This document shows positions 28,470-40,314 of a stretch of 64,000 nt of DNA, one piece after another. Source of the stretch: Escherichia coli (GTDB lineage: Bacteria > Pseudomonadota > Gammaproteobacteria > Enterobacterales > Enterobacteriaceae). The stretch lies in the NCBI RefSeq assembly GCF_003019035.1, contig NZ_CP027447.1. One strand, 5' to 3'. Position 1 is the first letter of the stretch; each line of letters begins with the position of its first letter. The position numbers were made by a program, and so were the translations under genes. Below the pieces are notes generated by a model. The model ran no database searches and was not told the DNA's origin. It was given only the letters and a program-made list of their open reading frames with translations.

Positions 28470-29492
28470 ATGTCTACGATGAATGTTTTAATTTGCCAGC
28501 AGCCGAAAGAATTAGTCTGGAAACAACGCGAGATACCTATTCCGGGTGACAATGAAGCATTAATAAAAATTAAGTCTGTCGGGATTTGCGGTACCGATAT
28601 TCATGCCTGGGGTGGAAATCAACCATTTTTTAGTTATCCACGTGTTTTAGGCCATGAAATATGTGGGGAGATTGTTGGGCTGGGTAAAAATATTGCTGAT
28701 CTTAAAAATGGTCAGCAAGTTGCTGTGATCCCTTATGTTGCCTGTCAGCAATGTCCGGCGTGTAAAAGCGGGCGTACCAATTGCTGTGAAAAAATTTCAG
28801 TTATTGGTGTGCATCAGGATGGTGGTTTTAGTGAGTATTTGAGCGTGCCGGTGGCGAACATTTTGCCCGCAGACGGTATTGACCCGCAGGCGGCAGCATT
28901 GATTGAACCTTTCGCTATTAGCGCACATGCGGTGCGTCGTGCAGCCATTGCTCCCGGCGAGCAGGTGCTGGTGGTCGGGGCGGGGCCAATCGGTCTGGGC
29001 GCGGCGGCAATCGCTAAAGCTGATGGCGCACAGGTGGTGGTGGCGGATACCAGTCCGGCACGCCGAGAACATGTGGCAACGCGTCTGGAGTTGCCCGTGC
29101 TGGACCCGTCAGCCGAAGATTTTGACGCGCAGCTGCGGGCGCAGTTTGGTGGTTCGCTGGCGCAGAAAGTGATCGACGCGACAGGTAATCAACATGCGAT
29201 GAATAACACCGTAAATCTGATTCGTCACGGCGGCACGGTGGTATTTGTCGGCCTGTTTAAAGGTGAGTTGCAGTTCTCCGATCCGGAATTCCATAAAAAA
29301 GAAACGACGATGATGGGCAGCCGCAACGCCACGCCGGAAGATTTCGCTAAAGTCGGTCGATTGATGGCGGAAGGGAAAATCACTGCCGACATGATGTTAA
29401 CCCACCGCTATCCGTTCGCCACACTGGCAGAAACCTACGAGCGCGATGTGATTAACAATCGTGAGTTGATTAAGGGCGTAATTACTTTCTGA
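28470..29492 (+). CDS. lgoD: L-galactonate-5-dehydrogenase, Zn-dependent MDR family (YjjN)
   Basis: 340 aa from ATG at 28470 (MSTMNVLICQQPKE...); GHEICGEIV zinc motif, GAGPIGLG Rossmann. Confidence 0.85.
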   Translation: MSTMNVLICQQPKELVWKQREIPIPGDNEALIKIKSVGICGTDIHAWGGNQPFFSYPRVLGHEICGEIVGLGKNIADLKNGQQVAVIPYVACQQCPACKSGRTNCCEKISVIGVHQDGGFSEYLSVPVANILPADGIDPQAAALIEPFAISAHAVRRAAIAPGEQVLVVGAGPIGLGAAAIAKADGAQVVVADTSPARREHVATRLELPVLDPSAEDFDAQLRAQFGGSLAQKVIDATGNQHAMNNTVNLIRHGGTVVFVGLFKGELQFSDPEFHKKETTMMGSRNATPEDFAKVGRLMAEGKITADMMLTHRYPFATLAETYERDVINNRELIKGVITF

Positions 29493-29585
29493 TAAGGCGA
29501 GATTATTCAAGTTGCCATGCAGCGTCCGGGGAAGTGTTGGGCGCTGTTTTTTTTGTTTCTTAATAATGTGTTGTGAGCCGGAGAA

Positions 29586-29620
29586 GGTGTGTAGGTCGCA
29601 CCTTATGCGACCTACACATC
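29586..29620. repeat. REP-like palindrome / terminator between lgoD and opgB
   Basis: gtgtaggtcgcaccttatgcgacctacac perfect inverted repeat. Confidence 0.4.
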
Positions 29621-29629
29621 AGTCAGGAA

Positions 29630-31921
29630 TTACCCTTCACGTTCCACCACTTTAATTTCCACCATGCCGATCCCGAGCTTACGCGGCGAGTGTCCGAGGA
29701 TATTCCCTTCGTTGGTTGAGACAGGTTCCGGCGGCACAATTACCAGCGTGCTGGCATCGGTTGGGTTATCGAAATGCAGCGTGGTGGTGGTCACTTCATT
29801 GCCCAGCACAAGGGTTTGTTCTTCATTGCCTACGCGTACCGGAATAGGACGGCTGGCGTTATTGCCGTATGCTTTGGCGGTAATCACCAGGTCAAATTTC
29901 TTCGGCAGCGGATGCTTGTACTCGATTTTTACTTCGTCGCCCAGCTGTGCGTTGGACCAGCGGCCCCACGACTCCGGACGAGAAATCCCGCTAAACTGTT
30001 TCACCTCTTCCGGCGCACCGGCGACGTTAAAGATGAAACTGTCGGCTTTGTAGCGAATATCGTTATCAACAATCTTCAGCGTATCGACATTGCCTTTGTA
30101 ACGCGCCATGTCGATGACCGTATCTTTAAATGCCGTTTTGCCCTTCCATGTTGTTTTGTCAACATGCTGAACAATTTGCTGACCGCCAAGCTGCCCTTGC
30201 GAGACACACCAGTCGGTGGAGAGTGCCAGTTCCGGAGCCCAAAGTTGTGCCATCTTGTAGCAACGGTCAACCCAGACGAAATTGTCGCGTGGAGCGAAAT
30301 CGGCCAGCTGGAAACGCAGCGGTGCTGAGTATTCACTTTCCGGCAGCGGTTCTACGCGCTTGTCTGAAACCCGCAACAGCAGCGGCAAACGGAAATGGCT
30401 ACCCGAGAAGGCAATCATGTTTTTCTGCTGGTCGATGGTGAACTCTTTCATCTCTTTAGGGAATTTCCACAGGCGGATGATATCCGGCTTCCACGCCAAT
30501 GTTTTCTCTTTGATATTGAGGAAGATTTCCGACATCGACTGCCCGGATAAACTGCTACGACCAAGTCCGAGATAGTTATCGCCACCGAGAATGTCCAGCA
30601 CCGTCGCGCCGTTATCCATCGTGTTACGCTTCACCGCCAGCGTCTCTTGCTGCGGCTTGTCGCCACGGATGACAAAAAACAGGTTATTGCGATCCTGTTT
30701 ATTGAGGTATTTCCACGCCGTGTTGTTCATCGCTAAATGGTCAGAAGAGACGACGATAACAGTATCTTTAAACCACGGTGACGCTTTGATTTTGTTGATA
30801 AACGTCGCGATATTCTCCTGACTGCAACTTACCGCGCTGAATGACTGATTCGGCTTACCGTCAAAATCATATTTTTTGCGGTTACAGGTACGCGAGATAA
30901 AACCATCCGGGTGATGGGTATCGACTGTCAGGGTAAACAGTGAGAATCGCTGACCTGAGCGGGAAAGCTCTTCAAACTTTTTCCACGCTTCATCGAGAAC
31001 GGTATCGTCGTAGAATCCCCAGTCGTTGCGATAGTGCGGGTCGGCCACCACGCTTTTCAGCTCTTCTGAGCCGAATAAGTGGTCGAAGCCGTGCGATTTC
31101 AGGAACACATCTTTACCGGCAAAACGCAGATTCGCGCCCTGCACGAAATAGTTCTGATAACCCGAGTTTTTCAGGATATCGCCCAGACAGATGTTCTGCG
31201 GGAAGAAGCTGGAGACAGAGGCGGAGGCGTTGCCTTCAAAGGGGGCAAACAGCGGTATGCCGCACTGAGAAGCCACCATGCCCGCAATCGTGTAATCCGT
31301 TCCTGGCAGCTGCTGCGTGTGGCTGAAATCCAGGCCTTCATTTTTCAACGCGCCCAGTTCAGGCGTGAGATCCGGGAAAGCTTCGTTATCAAAATAGGTT
31401 CGCTCGAGACTTTCGCCGTAGATATAAACCAGGTTGAGTTTCGGGTCAGGGATAGTTTTCGACGGCTCTTTATAATAAGCCGCAAAGTCCGGGTCGCCGT
31501 CGCGTGACTGGGATTTCACCAGTTCCGTTATCTGACGAAATGCCGGGCTGGCATCCACTGAACCCAGCGCCAGTAAGAGTGCCAGCAGGCTGTAACCAAA
31601 ATGGTGCGGATGATGACGACGACGGCGCAGGATCCAGCCCAGCGCACCGAACACCGCTGTCAGCCCCAGCACAATGCCGATACCCGGCAGAATGTATTTG
31701 CTGACGCCAGCACCGGTCAGGCTGTTGGTTAAGGTATAGAGAACCGCGTCGTTAATACCATCGCCAGTAAAATAGTCGCTGGCAAACAGGGTGATATTTA
31801 AAACGACAAATAGCCCCAGCACCGTTAACGTGGCTGCAAACCACCAGGTGTTACGTCCCGCTTTCCATGCGTAAATCAGCACAGAGGCGAGAAAAAGGGC
31901 GAAAGAGAGTAGTTCTGACAA
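29630..31921 (-). CDS. opgB: Phosphoglycerol transferase I (osmoregulated periplasmic glucan biosynthesis)
   Basis: 763 aa; N-terminal TM helices plus sulfatase-like domain. Confidence 0.9.
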   Translation of the reverse strand: MSELLSFALFLASVLIYAWKAGRNTWWFAATLTVLGLFVVLNITLFASDYFTGDGINDAVLYTLTNSLTGAGVSKYILPGIGIVLGLTAVFGALGWILRRRRHHPHHFGYSLLALLLALGSVDASPAFRQITELVKSQSRDGDPDFAAYYKEPSKTIPDPKLNLVYIYGESLERTYFDNEAFPDLTPELGALKNEGLDFSHTQQLPGTDYTIAGMVASQCGIPLFAPFEGNASASVSSFFPQNICLGDILKNSGYQNYFVQGANLRFAGKDVFLKSHGFDHLFGSEELKSVVADPHYRNDWGFYDDTVLDEAWKKFEELSRSGQRFSLFTLTVDTHHPDGFISRTCNRKKYDFDGKPNQSFSAVSCSQENIATFINKIKASPWFKDTVIVVSSDHLAMNNTAWKYLNKQDRNNLFFVIRGDKPQQETLAVKRNTMDNGATVLDILGGDNYLGLGRSSLSGQSMSEIFLNIKEKTLAWKPDIIRLWKFPKEMKEFTIDQQKNMIAFSGSHFRLPLLLRVSDKRVEPLPESEYSAPLRFQLADFAPRDNFVWVDRCYKMAQLWAPELALSTDWCVSQGQLGGQQIVQHVDKTTWKGKTAFKDTVIDMARYKGNVDTLKIVDNDIRYKADSFIFNVAGAPEEVKQFSGISRPESWGRWSNAQLGDEVKIEYKHPLPKKFDLVITAKAYGNNASRPIPVRVGNEEQTLVLGNEVTTTTLHFDNPTDASTLVIVPPEPVSTNEGNILGHSPRKLGIGMVEIKVVEREG

Positions 31922-32174
31922 CGGGCGATCCTCACTAAACCGGGCCGTTTAGCCAACGTTTAAGCTTTTTGAAAAGCACAATGTAATGGCGTCGCCATAT
32001 TGCTGCAATTCTAGTGTCAAAAAAATGCGATGTTGTTAGGAATTAGTTTATAAACAGACTTTTTTGATTACGGTCGCTTCCCGTGTAACAGGGGTAAAAC
32101 CGTCCAGGAGCAGGGAAAAGGGCAGGAGAGAGCCGCGTCAGCCGGGTAACAGCTAAAACGCGGCGTTTCGCGGT

Positions 32175-32672
32175 TCAGGAAATGAAGTTCAGCCCCTGCT
32201 TTAACACCAGATCGCAGGCTTTGGTTTTCACCTTTTCTGCCAGCGGAGTCGTTCCAATATTATCCAGATTGAGTTGCTGACCATCTTTGGTTTTCAGCAA
32301 ACCCTGAATGCCATCCAGATAGTTGGTGTCTTCTTTTTGCTCTTCACTGTTCAGGCCCAGTTTTTCCAGTACCTGATTCTTGATGTTTTCGGCGTCGGTT
32401 ACCGAAGCCAGCTTTTGCTTCGCGCAGTATTGCAGAATGCCTGCGGCATTGTTCATGTTATCTGCGCTTAAGGCCTGGTTTCCGCTGCTAAGCAAGTTAG
32501 TTAATGACGCGAGCGACCAACCGCCTTCCTGTGTCGTGCTGTTTTGGTTGCCAAGTTCGCTGGCGGCGCTGGAGAGCGCATCTTTCCAGGACGCAGCATG
32601 CACCCCGGTGGAAATTAATGCGCTGGCGGCAATGGCACAGCACAGAAGATGTTTAACAGTTTTCATCATCAT
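32175..32672 (-). CDS. yjjA: DUF2501 periplasmic protein YjjA
   Basis: 165 aa with signal peptide MMMKTVKHLLCCAIAASALISTGVHA. Confidence 0.8.
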   Translation of the reverse strand: MMMKTVKHLLCCAIAASALISTGVHAASWKDALSSAASELGNQNSTTQEGGWSLASLTNLLSSGNQALSADNMNNAAGILQYCAKQKLASVTDAENIKNQVLEKLGLNSEEQKEDTNYLDGIQGLLKTKDGQQLNLDNIGTTPLAEKVKTKACDLVLKQGLNFIS

Positions 32673-32717
32673 TACTCAAGGTGGAATTGTGTCGCAGTAT
32701 ACCGCCAGAAACGGGGA

Positions 32718-33455
32718 TTAATACTCTTTACCCGTTACCCGGCTACGGTAGCTATCCCAGTTGAAGATCACCCACAAACTGTTACCCAGGCGCATACGGT
32801 CCATCACGCGTTCGCCCAGCAACTTGGTCATCTCTTCCATATTACTGTTGGTCAGCATCCCGGTTGGGCGTTTGGAAGAAGAGCGGCGATCGACGATCTG
32901 GTTGATGATCACTTTTTCGTATTTCGATTCGGTCTGCACGCCGATCTCATCGATCACCAGCAGATCAACGTTGCTCAGATCGTTAAGCAGTTGTTCTTCG
33001 CTGGTACCGCTATTCCTGAAGGTATCTTTCATCGCCGACATAATATCGGCCACGGTGATGATCAATACGGATTTACCGCGTAGCAGCAGCTCGTTGCAGA
33101 TTGCCGCTGCCAGATGGTTTTTGCCGGTTCCTGGCTTACCAGAAAAGATGAAGCTGGCGATGTTGCCGTCAAACTCCTCGACATACTGGCGCGCTTTGCT
33201 TAACGCATTCATTTGCCCTTCACACTCAACGCGATAGTTCTCAAAGGAGCAGTTCTGATGCAGTGGACGAATACCGGAGCGGTTAAAGGTGCGCTGCATT
33301 TTCATCGCCCGATTTTCACGTTCGAGAGCGGCGGAGCGGATCGCTCCTTGTTCTTTCTGCCAGGCCAGTAGTTCTTCACCCGTTTTGAACGCAGGTTTGA
33401 TATGGGCAGGCATCATTTTTTGCAGGCGTTGCATCAGGTCGCCAACGTTTTTCAT
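32718..33455 (-). CDS. dnaC: DNA replication helicase loader DnaC
   Basis: 245 aa; AAA+ Walker A GKPGTGKNHLAAAI. Confidence 0.95.
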   Translation of the reverse strand: MKNVGDLMQRLQKMMPAHIKPAFKTGEELLAWQKEQGAIRSAALERENRAMKMQRTFNRSGIRPLHQNCSFENYRVECEGQMNALSKARQYVEEFDGNIASFIFSGKPGTGKNHLAAAICNELLLRGKSVLIITVADIMSAMKDTFRNSGTSEEQLLNDLSNVDLLVIDEIGVQTESKYEKVIINQIVDRRSSSKRPTGMLTNSNMEEMTKLLGERVMDRMRLGNSLWVIFNWDSYRSRVTGKEY

Positions 33456-33457
33456 CG

Positions 33458-33997
33458 TTACCCTCTGAATCCTGGTGGAATTTGGCTGTCAGGTTCACTG
33501 ACCGTATTCACATCTCGTTTCGGCAGTCCGCCGTTGCTGGCACGGCCGATTTGCAGGCTGCGCGCCAGTTTTTGTTGCCACTGCACATGGTGAAAGACTT
33601 TACCTTCCGCCTGCCAGTAGGCAATGAATGAGGCCAGTTCTTCGGTGGTCACCGGCTCTCTTAGCGCCACGCCCCATAGCGCCGCCAGGCGGATAAAGTC
33701 GGCATCGGGTTGCCAGTCCGGATACATGGCGAATTTCCCCATGGGTACAGCAACGGGAGCGGCTTGCGGTTCCTGATAGAGTTGATCGTCCAGAGCGACA
33801 TCGCTTCCCGGACGCGCCAGCTTTTCTTCCAGCGCCAGCAGTTCAGCCAGGCGTGCAGGCGTGACGGCATAAAACGCCGGGGCATTGTTAGCAAATACGG
33901 CAACCACACCGCCTTCAGCTTTTGCCAGAACGGTTTGGTGATCGTGTACCAGGGCGTCAATACCAACGACGTCCGGGGTCAAAACTCTGGAAGACAT
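33458..33997 (-). CDS. dnaT: Primosomal protein DnaT
   Basis: 179 aa from [17 protein letters not shown]; immediately upstream of dnaC. Confidence 0.9.
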
Positions 33998-34103
33998 ACT
34001 GTTTCTCAAATATGGAACGATGAACGAGAAGGGAGATAACTTTTATAGTAACACACGGAGGAGAGGAGGCTGTCTCTCATCCGTGTGCTTAAGCGAGGCA
34101 ATT

Positions 34104-34577
34104 TTATACGCGAGGGCGCTTGCGGTACAACCATAATCCAGGAATGGAAAGACCGATGGATAACGCACCAACAATCGATGAAGCTGTAAGAAAGTTGGTT
34201 AACAGGGTAATCATCAACGGTTCGCTGTAACCTAGCTGGCTGATTTTTACCGCCGAAATCATTGCGGTATAAGCTGATATGCCAGGGAACATAGGGATAA
34301 CAGCCGCCACGGTAAACACTTTCGGATGTGCCAGATACCAGCGCGACCATTGAATACCAATGGTGCCGACCAGCATAGAAGCCATAAAAGTTGACCACTC
34401 AATATTCAACCCGCTGGTCATTAAGATCATTCGGGAACCATGACCTATCGAGCCAAGCAGCGCACACCAGCGTAACGCCCGCACGGGAACGTTGAACACC
34501 ATTGCAAAGCCGACCGCTGGAATGGCGGCGAGGATCATATCCTGCGCCAACGCTAACAGAAATTCGATCACACCCAT
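34104..34577 (-). CDS. yjjB: Inner-membrane protein YjjB (ThrE-like C-terminal half)
   Basis: 157 aa from [20 protein letters not shown]; overlaps the yjjP 3' end. Confidence 0.8.
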
Positions 34578-35338
34578 CCGCGTAGCCCCCAAATCGTCAG
34601 TGCCATTACTACGCCGACACAGGTAGCCAGTGTCAGCAGACTGGCGATCGCCCAGCGTGCCAGTCCGGTATTGATGTGGCCTTTAAACATATCGGCGACG
34701 GCATTTATCAACGGAAAGCCCGGCACCAGCAGCAGAACGCTGGCGGCCATCGCAATGGTGGGGGTATTGCTGAAAGTGGGAAGTTGCAAAAGCAATCCGG
34801 AAATGGTGGTGGCGGCGAAAGCGGTGAGGCAAAAGTTGATCTGTGGATGAAGATGACGTTGTGCCAGTAGCTGGCGGATATACATCGCGGCCGTACTGGC
34901 AAAGAAGGTGATGACGGCACCATCCCAGCCACCTTTATTGAGTTTACAGAAACAGGCGCAGGAAAGGCCAACCATTAAGGCTACCAGCCATCTTGGGTAA
35001 CGTAATGGCTGAATTTGGCTAAATCGTTTCTCTACGCCTTTGTAATCCAGCAGATGATGCTCCGCCAGAATCACAATGTGCTGGACTTCAGTCACCACAT
35101 GCATATTAATGCCGCGATCGTGATTTTTACGTGTCGATGTCAGGCATTGCCCATCTTTAATAGTTGTCAGCACTATGGCGTTCGAAGAGATAGAACTTTC
35201 GACGCTGTCCATTCCCAACGCCCGACCCAGTCGTGAGGAAAGCTCATCAACCAACGCGCTTTCCGCACCATGTTGCAAAAGAAATAATCCACACTGGATA
35301 CAAAGCCGTGTTACGGCTCGCTGTTGCTCAGTTTGCAT
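34568..35338 (-). CDS. yjjP: Inner-membrane protein YjjP (ThrE-like N-terminal half)
   Basis: 256 aa from [17 protein letters not shown]... Confidence 0.8.
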
Positions 35339-35955
35339 AACTCGCCCTTTGTCATAGACGTGCTGCGTATTGTTCAGATAATGAGAATCCATTTGTATCA
35401 TGAAGCGCGGTTGTTTTGCGGCAGGTTAAGATCAAAATTGCGCTGATTAATCCTGGTTATCGGGAGAAGCTCGGTGTTAAAAGCGAATTATCTCTCGCCG
35501 CAAACAAATTATCGCATGAATATTATCACTATAATGAATTTATTGTTTAGCCCTTACGAATCAGGATAAAAGATAACTGGGCGCGTTTTTTAATTTTAAC
35601 AAGTTAAAACTATCAGATTTTATTGAATAAATATTGATTGTGTGATTTTGCATCCTGCGGGAAGGGATATCAGTTAATTATAAATTAAGTGAATGAGAAT
35701 TCTGTTTTTCATTAAGTATTTCTAACAACTTAATGTAGATATTTTAAATGTCTCCAGGCTATTTCACCAGGTTATCATTTGATGCTAACCTTCTGACACA
35801 TGCAGTGGAGTTGTTGTGCAGCAGGAGTATGCTGATATGAAAGTGAATGCTAAGGATAATTTATTCGCTTAATCTATTAATTTGCTGGAAACATTTAAGG
35901 AATGAATATCCTGAATAAACCATCATGATTTTTAGACAGTGGATGTGGAGGAAAT

Positions 35956-36681
35956 ATGTTGCCAGGATGCTGCAAAAATGGAATTGTTATCAGTAAAATA
36001 CCTGTTATGCAAGCAGGGTTAAAAGAGGTCATGAGGACTCACTTCCCTGAATATGAAATAATATCCAGCGCCTCTGCGGAGGACCTTACCTTATTACAAT
36101 TACGTCGTTCCGGATTAGTCATTGCTGATTTAGCCGGTGAAAGTGAAGATCCACGTTCTGTTTGTGAACATTATTATTCTTTAATCTCGCAATATCGGGA
36201 AATTCACTGGGTTTTCATGGTGTCACGCTCCTGGTATTCCCAGGCAGTAGAACTGCTTATGTGCCCTACGGCGACGTTATTGTCTGATGTTGAACCCATT
36301 GAGAATCTGGTCAAGACCGTACGTTCCGGCAATACGCACGCAGAGCGTATCAGCGCCATGCTGACCTCTCCGGCAATGACTGAAACTCATGATTTTAGCT
36401 ATCGCTCCGTCATTCTCACTCTTTCAGAGCGCAAAGTGCTTCGGCTATTAGGTAAAGGATGGGGCATCAACCAGATAGCTTCATTGCTTAAGAAAAGTAA
36501 TAAAACTATCAGCGCCCAAAAAAACAGTGCGATGCGTCGACTGGCAATTCACAGCAACGCTGAAATGTATGCATGGATAAATAGCGCGCAGGGTGCAAGA
36601 GAACTTAATTTGCCTTCTGTTTATGGAGATGCCGCAGAATGGAACACAGCCGAATTAAGAAGAGAAATGTCGCACTCATAG
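35956..36681 (+). CDS. yjjQ: LuxR/FixJ-type transcriptional regulator YjjQ
   Basis: 241 aa; C-terminal LuxR HTH; overlaps bglJ. Confidence 0.85.
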
Positions 36682-37316
36682 AAAAATGCGTCATGAGCAG
36701 TATCGGTATTGAGAGTTTATTCAGAAAGTTTGCGGGTAACCCTTATAAGCTCCATACCTATACCAGTCAGGAGTCATTTCAGGATGCCATGTCGCGGATC
36801 TCGTTTGCGGCGGTCATTTTTTCTTTTTCTGCCATGAGAAGTGCGCGCAGAGAGGGATTATCCTGCCTGACTGAACTGGCGATTAAGTTTCCGCGTACCC
36901 GGCGTTTAGTTATTGCGGATGATGATATTGAAGCTCGGCTGATTGGTTCATTGTCGCCATCACCGCTGGACGGTGTATTAAGTAAAGCGTCAACGCTGGA
37001 GATTTTTCATCAGGAACTCTTTTTGTCATTAAATGGTGTACGTCAGGCGACCGATCGACTGAACAATCAGTGGTACATTAACCAAAGCCGGACGTTAAGC
37101 CCGACGGAGAGAGAAATATTGCGCTTTATGTCGCGTGGCTACTCAATGACACAAATTGCCGAGCAGCTTAAACGCAATATCAAAACGATCCGTGCACATA
37201 AATTTAATGTGATGTCGAAACTGGGCGTCAGTTCTGATGCAGGATTGTTGGAGGCCGCAGATATTCTGTTATGTATGCGTCATTGCGAAGCAAGTAACGT
37301 GTTGCACCCCTATTAA
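36639..37316 (+). CDS. bglJ: LuxR-type transcriptional activator BglJ
   Basis: 225 aa; LuxR HTH ([25 protein letters not shown]). Confidence 0.85.
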
Positions 37317-37354
37317 TACGCTTAATGCCGGGTTTACTTCCCCGGCAAATTTTT

Positions 37355-38143
37355 CTATTTCAGCGTACAGTCACCACATTGCTGCACATCCGGCAAGCGA
37401 TAACGCTGGCAGCAAGTGCGGCGCACCAGCAGGCCGTCGCGCAGTACCACGGTACGCCAGAGTGGATTATCTTCACCGTTCGTGAGCATTTTCTCAAAAA
37501 AGAGGGCATGGCGCAGCGATTCAACCGTCGCCTCGCCAAGCAGCTGCTTCATCTCAGTGAGATACCAGTTGATCAAATAACCGGTATTACTCCAGATAAG
37601 TTTGCCGTTGATCTCTCCCGTCGCTTCTAATGCCTGCACAACCGGAACCAGCGCCTGGCTGATTAACGTTTCCATTCGCTGCTGCGGCGAATGTGGTGTT
37701 GCGTTTTTATCTTCACACACATCGACCCAGAAACAGGCGGCGCGTCCGGTTTCGTGAAACTCAACGTGGAAATGTTCCGGCGACACATCTAATGCTTTTT
37801 CCTGCGTCAGCAGCGCCAACATTAATGGTGGCACCATCAGGCCGATATACCATTGTACCCATAGTGAGATCAGCGGTTTGTTCTCGCGGCTCATCGTTGG
37901 TTGGTTGCGATAGATATGATCGGAATAGACCGCGAGTAGAGAACTTAGCGCATTCGGTGATGACCATTGCGCCAGCGTCATGGCGTTAAGCGGAGCGGGT
38001 TCATCCAGGCGGATAAACTCGAGCAAATGTTCACGATGTTCGGCGATCGTCGCCCGTACGGCTTGTGCAAGCCCAGCATCCTGCGGCTGGAGATGCATTC
38101 GCCAGATAACATCTTCATAGAGCGGTGCGGAACGATAGGCCAT
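37355..38143 (-). CDS. fhuF: Ferric-siderophore reductase FhuF (2Fe-2S)
   Basis: 262 aa; C-terminal Cys cluster (CCQRYRLPDVQQCGDC). Confidence 0.9.
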   Translation of the reverse strand: MAYRSAPLYEDVIWRMHLQPQDAGLAQAVRATIAEHREHLLEFIRLDEPAPLNAMTLAQWSSPNALSSLLAVYSDHIYRNQPTMSRENKPLISLWVQWYIGLMVPPLMLALLTQEKALDVSPEHFHVEFHETGRAACFWVDVCEDKNATPHSPQQRMETLISQALVPVVQALEATGEINGKLIWSNTGYLINWYLTEMKQLLGEATVESLRHALFFEKMLTNGEDNPLWRTVVLRDGLLVRRTCCQRYRLPDVQQCGDCTLK

Positions 38144-38159
38144 AATCGTGATAGTAATC

Positions 38160-38270
38160 TAAATGATAATGATTGCTAATCCTAGCGATAGGTTTACCCG
38201 ATAGCAAGGGATTTCTCTGGCTTGCAAATGATAAAAATTATCATATGATATTAGTTATCATTATCAATGA
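38160..38270. promoter_or_regulatory. Fur-box-like operator region upstream of fhuF
   Basis: gataatgattgctaatc and tatcattatcaatga match the Fur consensus GATAATGATAATCATTATC. Confidence 0.5.
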
Positions 38271-38283
38271 AAGAGATGAAACC

Positions 38284-38520
38284 ATGTTGCAACGTACGCT
38301 GGGCAGTGGCTGGGGAGTGTTGCTGCCGGGATTGCTGATTGCAGGGCTGATGTATGCGGATTTATCGCCGGATCAATGGCGGATTATCATTCTGATGGGA
38401 TTAGTATTGACGCCGGTGATGCTGTATCACAAACAGTTGCGGCATTACGTTTTGCTGCCATCGTGCCTGGCGCTTATTGCTGGCATCATGCTGATGATAA
38501 TGAATTTGAAGCAGGGATGA
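38284..38520 (+). CDS. yjjZ: Small membrane protein YjjZ
   Basis: 78 aa from ATG at 38284 (MLQRTLGSGWGVLLPGLLIAGLMYADL...). Confidence 0.7.
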   Translation: MLQRTLGSGWGVLLPGLLIAGLMYADLSPDQWRIIILMGLVLTPVMLYHKQLRHYVLLPSCLALIAGIMLMIMNLKQG

Positions 38521-38558
38521 TAAAACAGGGAAGCAACAAGAAAGGAAGTAAAGATAAT

Positions 38559-38645
38559 TGGTGCGAGGGGGGGGACTTGAACCCCCACGTCCGTAAGGAC
38601 ACTAACACCTGAAGCTAGCGCGTCTACCAATTCCGCCACCTTCGC
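38559..38645 (-). tRNA. leuV: tRNA-Leu(CAG), copy 1
   Basis: 87-nt reverse complement of canonical tRNA-Leu1 (GCGAAGGUGGCGGAAUUGGUAGACGCG...CCCCCCCCUCGCACCA). Confidence 0.9.
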
Positions 38646-38679
38646 ACAGTCATCTTACTTTTTTTGATATCGCCTCGTT

Positions 38680-38765
38680 TGGTGCGAGGGGGGGACTTGA
38701 ACCCCCACGTCCGTAAGAACACTAACACCTGAAGCTAGCGCGTCTACCAATTCCGCCACCTTCGC
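38680..38765 (-). tRNA. leuP: tRNA-Leu(CAG), copy 2, variant (86 nt)
   Basis: Same as copies 1 and 3 except G-run of 7 instead of 8 and aagaac instead of aaggac. Confidence 0.75.
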
Positions 38766-38793
38766 CCAGTGCGAGCAATATCAACGTGGTTTT

Positions 38794-38880
38794 TGGTGCG
38801 AGGGGGGGGACTTGAACCCCCACGTCCGTAAGGACACTAACACCTGAAGCTAGCGCGTCTACCAATTCCGCCACCTTCGC
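38794..38880 (-). tRNA. leuQ: tRNA-Leu(CAG), copy 3
   Basis: 87 nt, identical to copy 1. Confidence 0.9.
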
Positions 38881-38989
38881 ATACCATCAATTCTTAAAAA
38901 GAATTGCTACCACGGAGGCGCATTCTAGTGGTTTTCAGCTTTTCGTCAATAGTTAATTATCGCCGGAGGTGTAATTGCTGGAAAAATGT

Positions 38990-39175
<186 letters not shown>

Positions 39176-39180
39176 GATAC

Positions 39181-40212
39181 TCAACCTTTCTTCGCCTGGC
39201 GGGTCATAATGGCGCGATACACCTTGAAGCGCCCGGTTTGCGCGATCACTTCGTGGAAGCCAAATGTCTCATCCAGCACGTCCGGGTAAGGCAGGAAGGC
39301 GTTCGCTACAATTCGCAACTCGCCGCCGCTGTTCAGATGACGCACCGCGCCGCGAATCAGCGTTTGCGCGGCATCCAGGCTGGTTTGCATCCCATCGTGG
39401 AATGGCGGGTTGGAGATGATCATATCAAAACGACCTTTCACCTCGGAAAAGACGTTGCTGGCAAAGACTTCACCTTCAACACCGTTGGCCGCAAGTGTTG
39501 CACGGCTGGCTTCTACCGCCGGGGCAGAGACATCGCACAGAGTGAGACGAATCTTCGGCGAGTGGCGCGCAAACGCAACTGAAAGCACACCTGCACCGCA
39601 GCCGACATCCAGCACTTTACCTTTCGTGTGCGGGGTTAACGTCGAGAGCAGTAACTGGCTACCGACATCCAGACCGTCGCGGCTAAACACGCCCGGCAGC
39701 GTTTTGACCGTCAGGCCATCGACACTGTATTCGCCCCAGAATTTCTCGGCATCAAATACTGGCTGTTTTTCCAGACGACCAAAATAGAGGCCACAGCGAC
39801 GAGCGCTGTCCACTTTATTCAACGGCGCATAATCTGCCAGCATCTGCTCGGCGCTGCGCACGCCGCTGCGGTTCTCACCAACGACGAATATGTCAGTCCC
39901 CACCGGCAGCAGAGAAAGTAAATTCATCAACTGGAACTGGGCTTCCGGTTTGTTCTTCGGCCAGTAGTAAATCAGCGTATCGCAATCTGCGACATCATTC
40001 GCCGTGGCGACCAGACTAAAACGGGCGTTATCCCCCATCTGGCGGCTTAACACCTGCCAGTGGTGGAATTGCTGGGTATGAGCACGGCTGTCCGCGGTAT
40101 CTAAACGCGCGGGCAGGTCATCCTGTAAGTCTCCGGCAAACAGAATACGGCTTTGTTCGAAATCATCACTGTGACGCAGCAAGACTTCACTTGCCGGGGT
40201 AAATGCAGACAT
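39181..40212 (-). CDS. rsmC: 16S rRNA (guanine1207-N2)-methyltransferase
   Basis: 343 aa; SAM motif [12 protein letters not shown] and NPPFH. Confidence 0.9.
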   Translation of the reverse strand: MSAFTPASEVLLRHSDDFEQSRILFAGDLQDDLPARLDTADSRAHTQQFHHWQVLSRQMGDNARFSLVATANDVADCDTLIYYWPKNKPEAQFQLMNLLSLLPVGTDIFVVGENRSGVRSAEQMLADYAPLNKVDSARRCGLYFGRLEKQPVFDAEKFWGEYSVDGLTVKTLPGVFSRDGLDVGSQLLLSTLTPHTKGKVLDVGCGAGVLSVAFARHSPKIRLTLCDVSAPAVEASRATLAANGVEGEVFASNVFSEVKGRFDMIISNPPFHDGMQTSLDAAQTLIRGAVRHLNSGGELRIVANAFLPYPDVLDETFGFHEVIAQTGRFKVYRAIMTRQAKKG

Positions 40213-40314
40213 GGAATGCTCCTCAATTGATACTGGCGGCGATTATAGCCATATGTTGGCGCGGTATCGACGAATTTGCTATATTTGCGCCCCTGACAAC
40301 AGGAGCGATTCGCT

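Noticed and set aside
38559-38880. Three near-identical ~87-nt repeats with ~30-40-nt spacers (possible CRISPR-like array)
   Set aside because: The repeats are complete tRNA-Leu(CAG) genes (leuV, leuP, leuQ), not CRISPR repeats; no cas genes nearby
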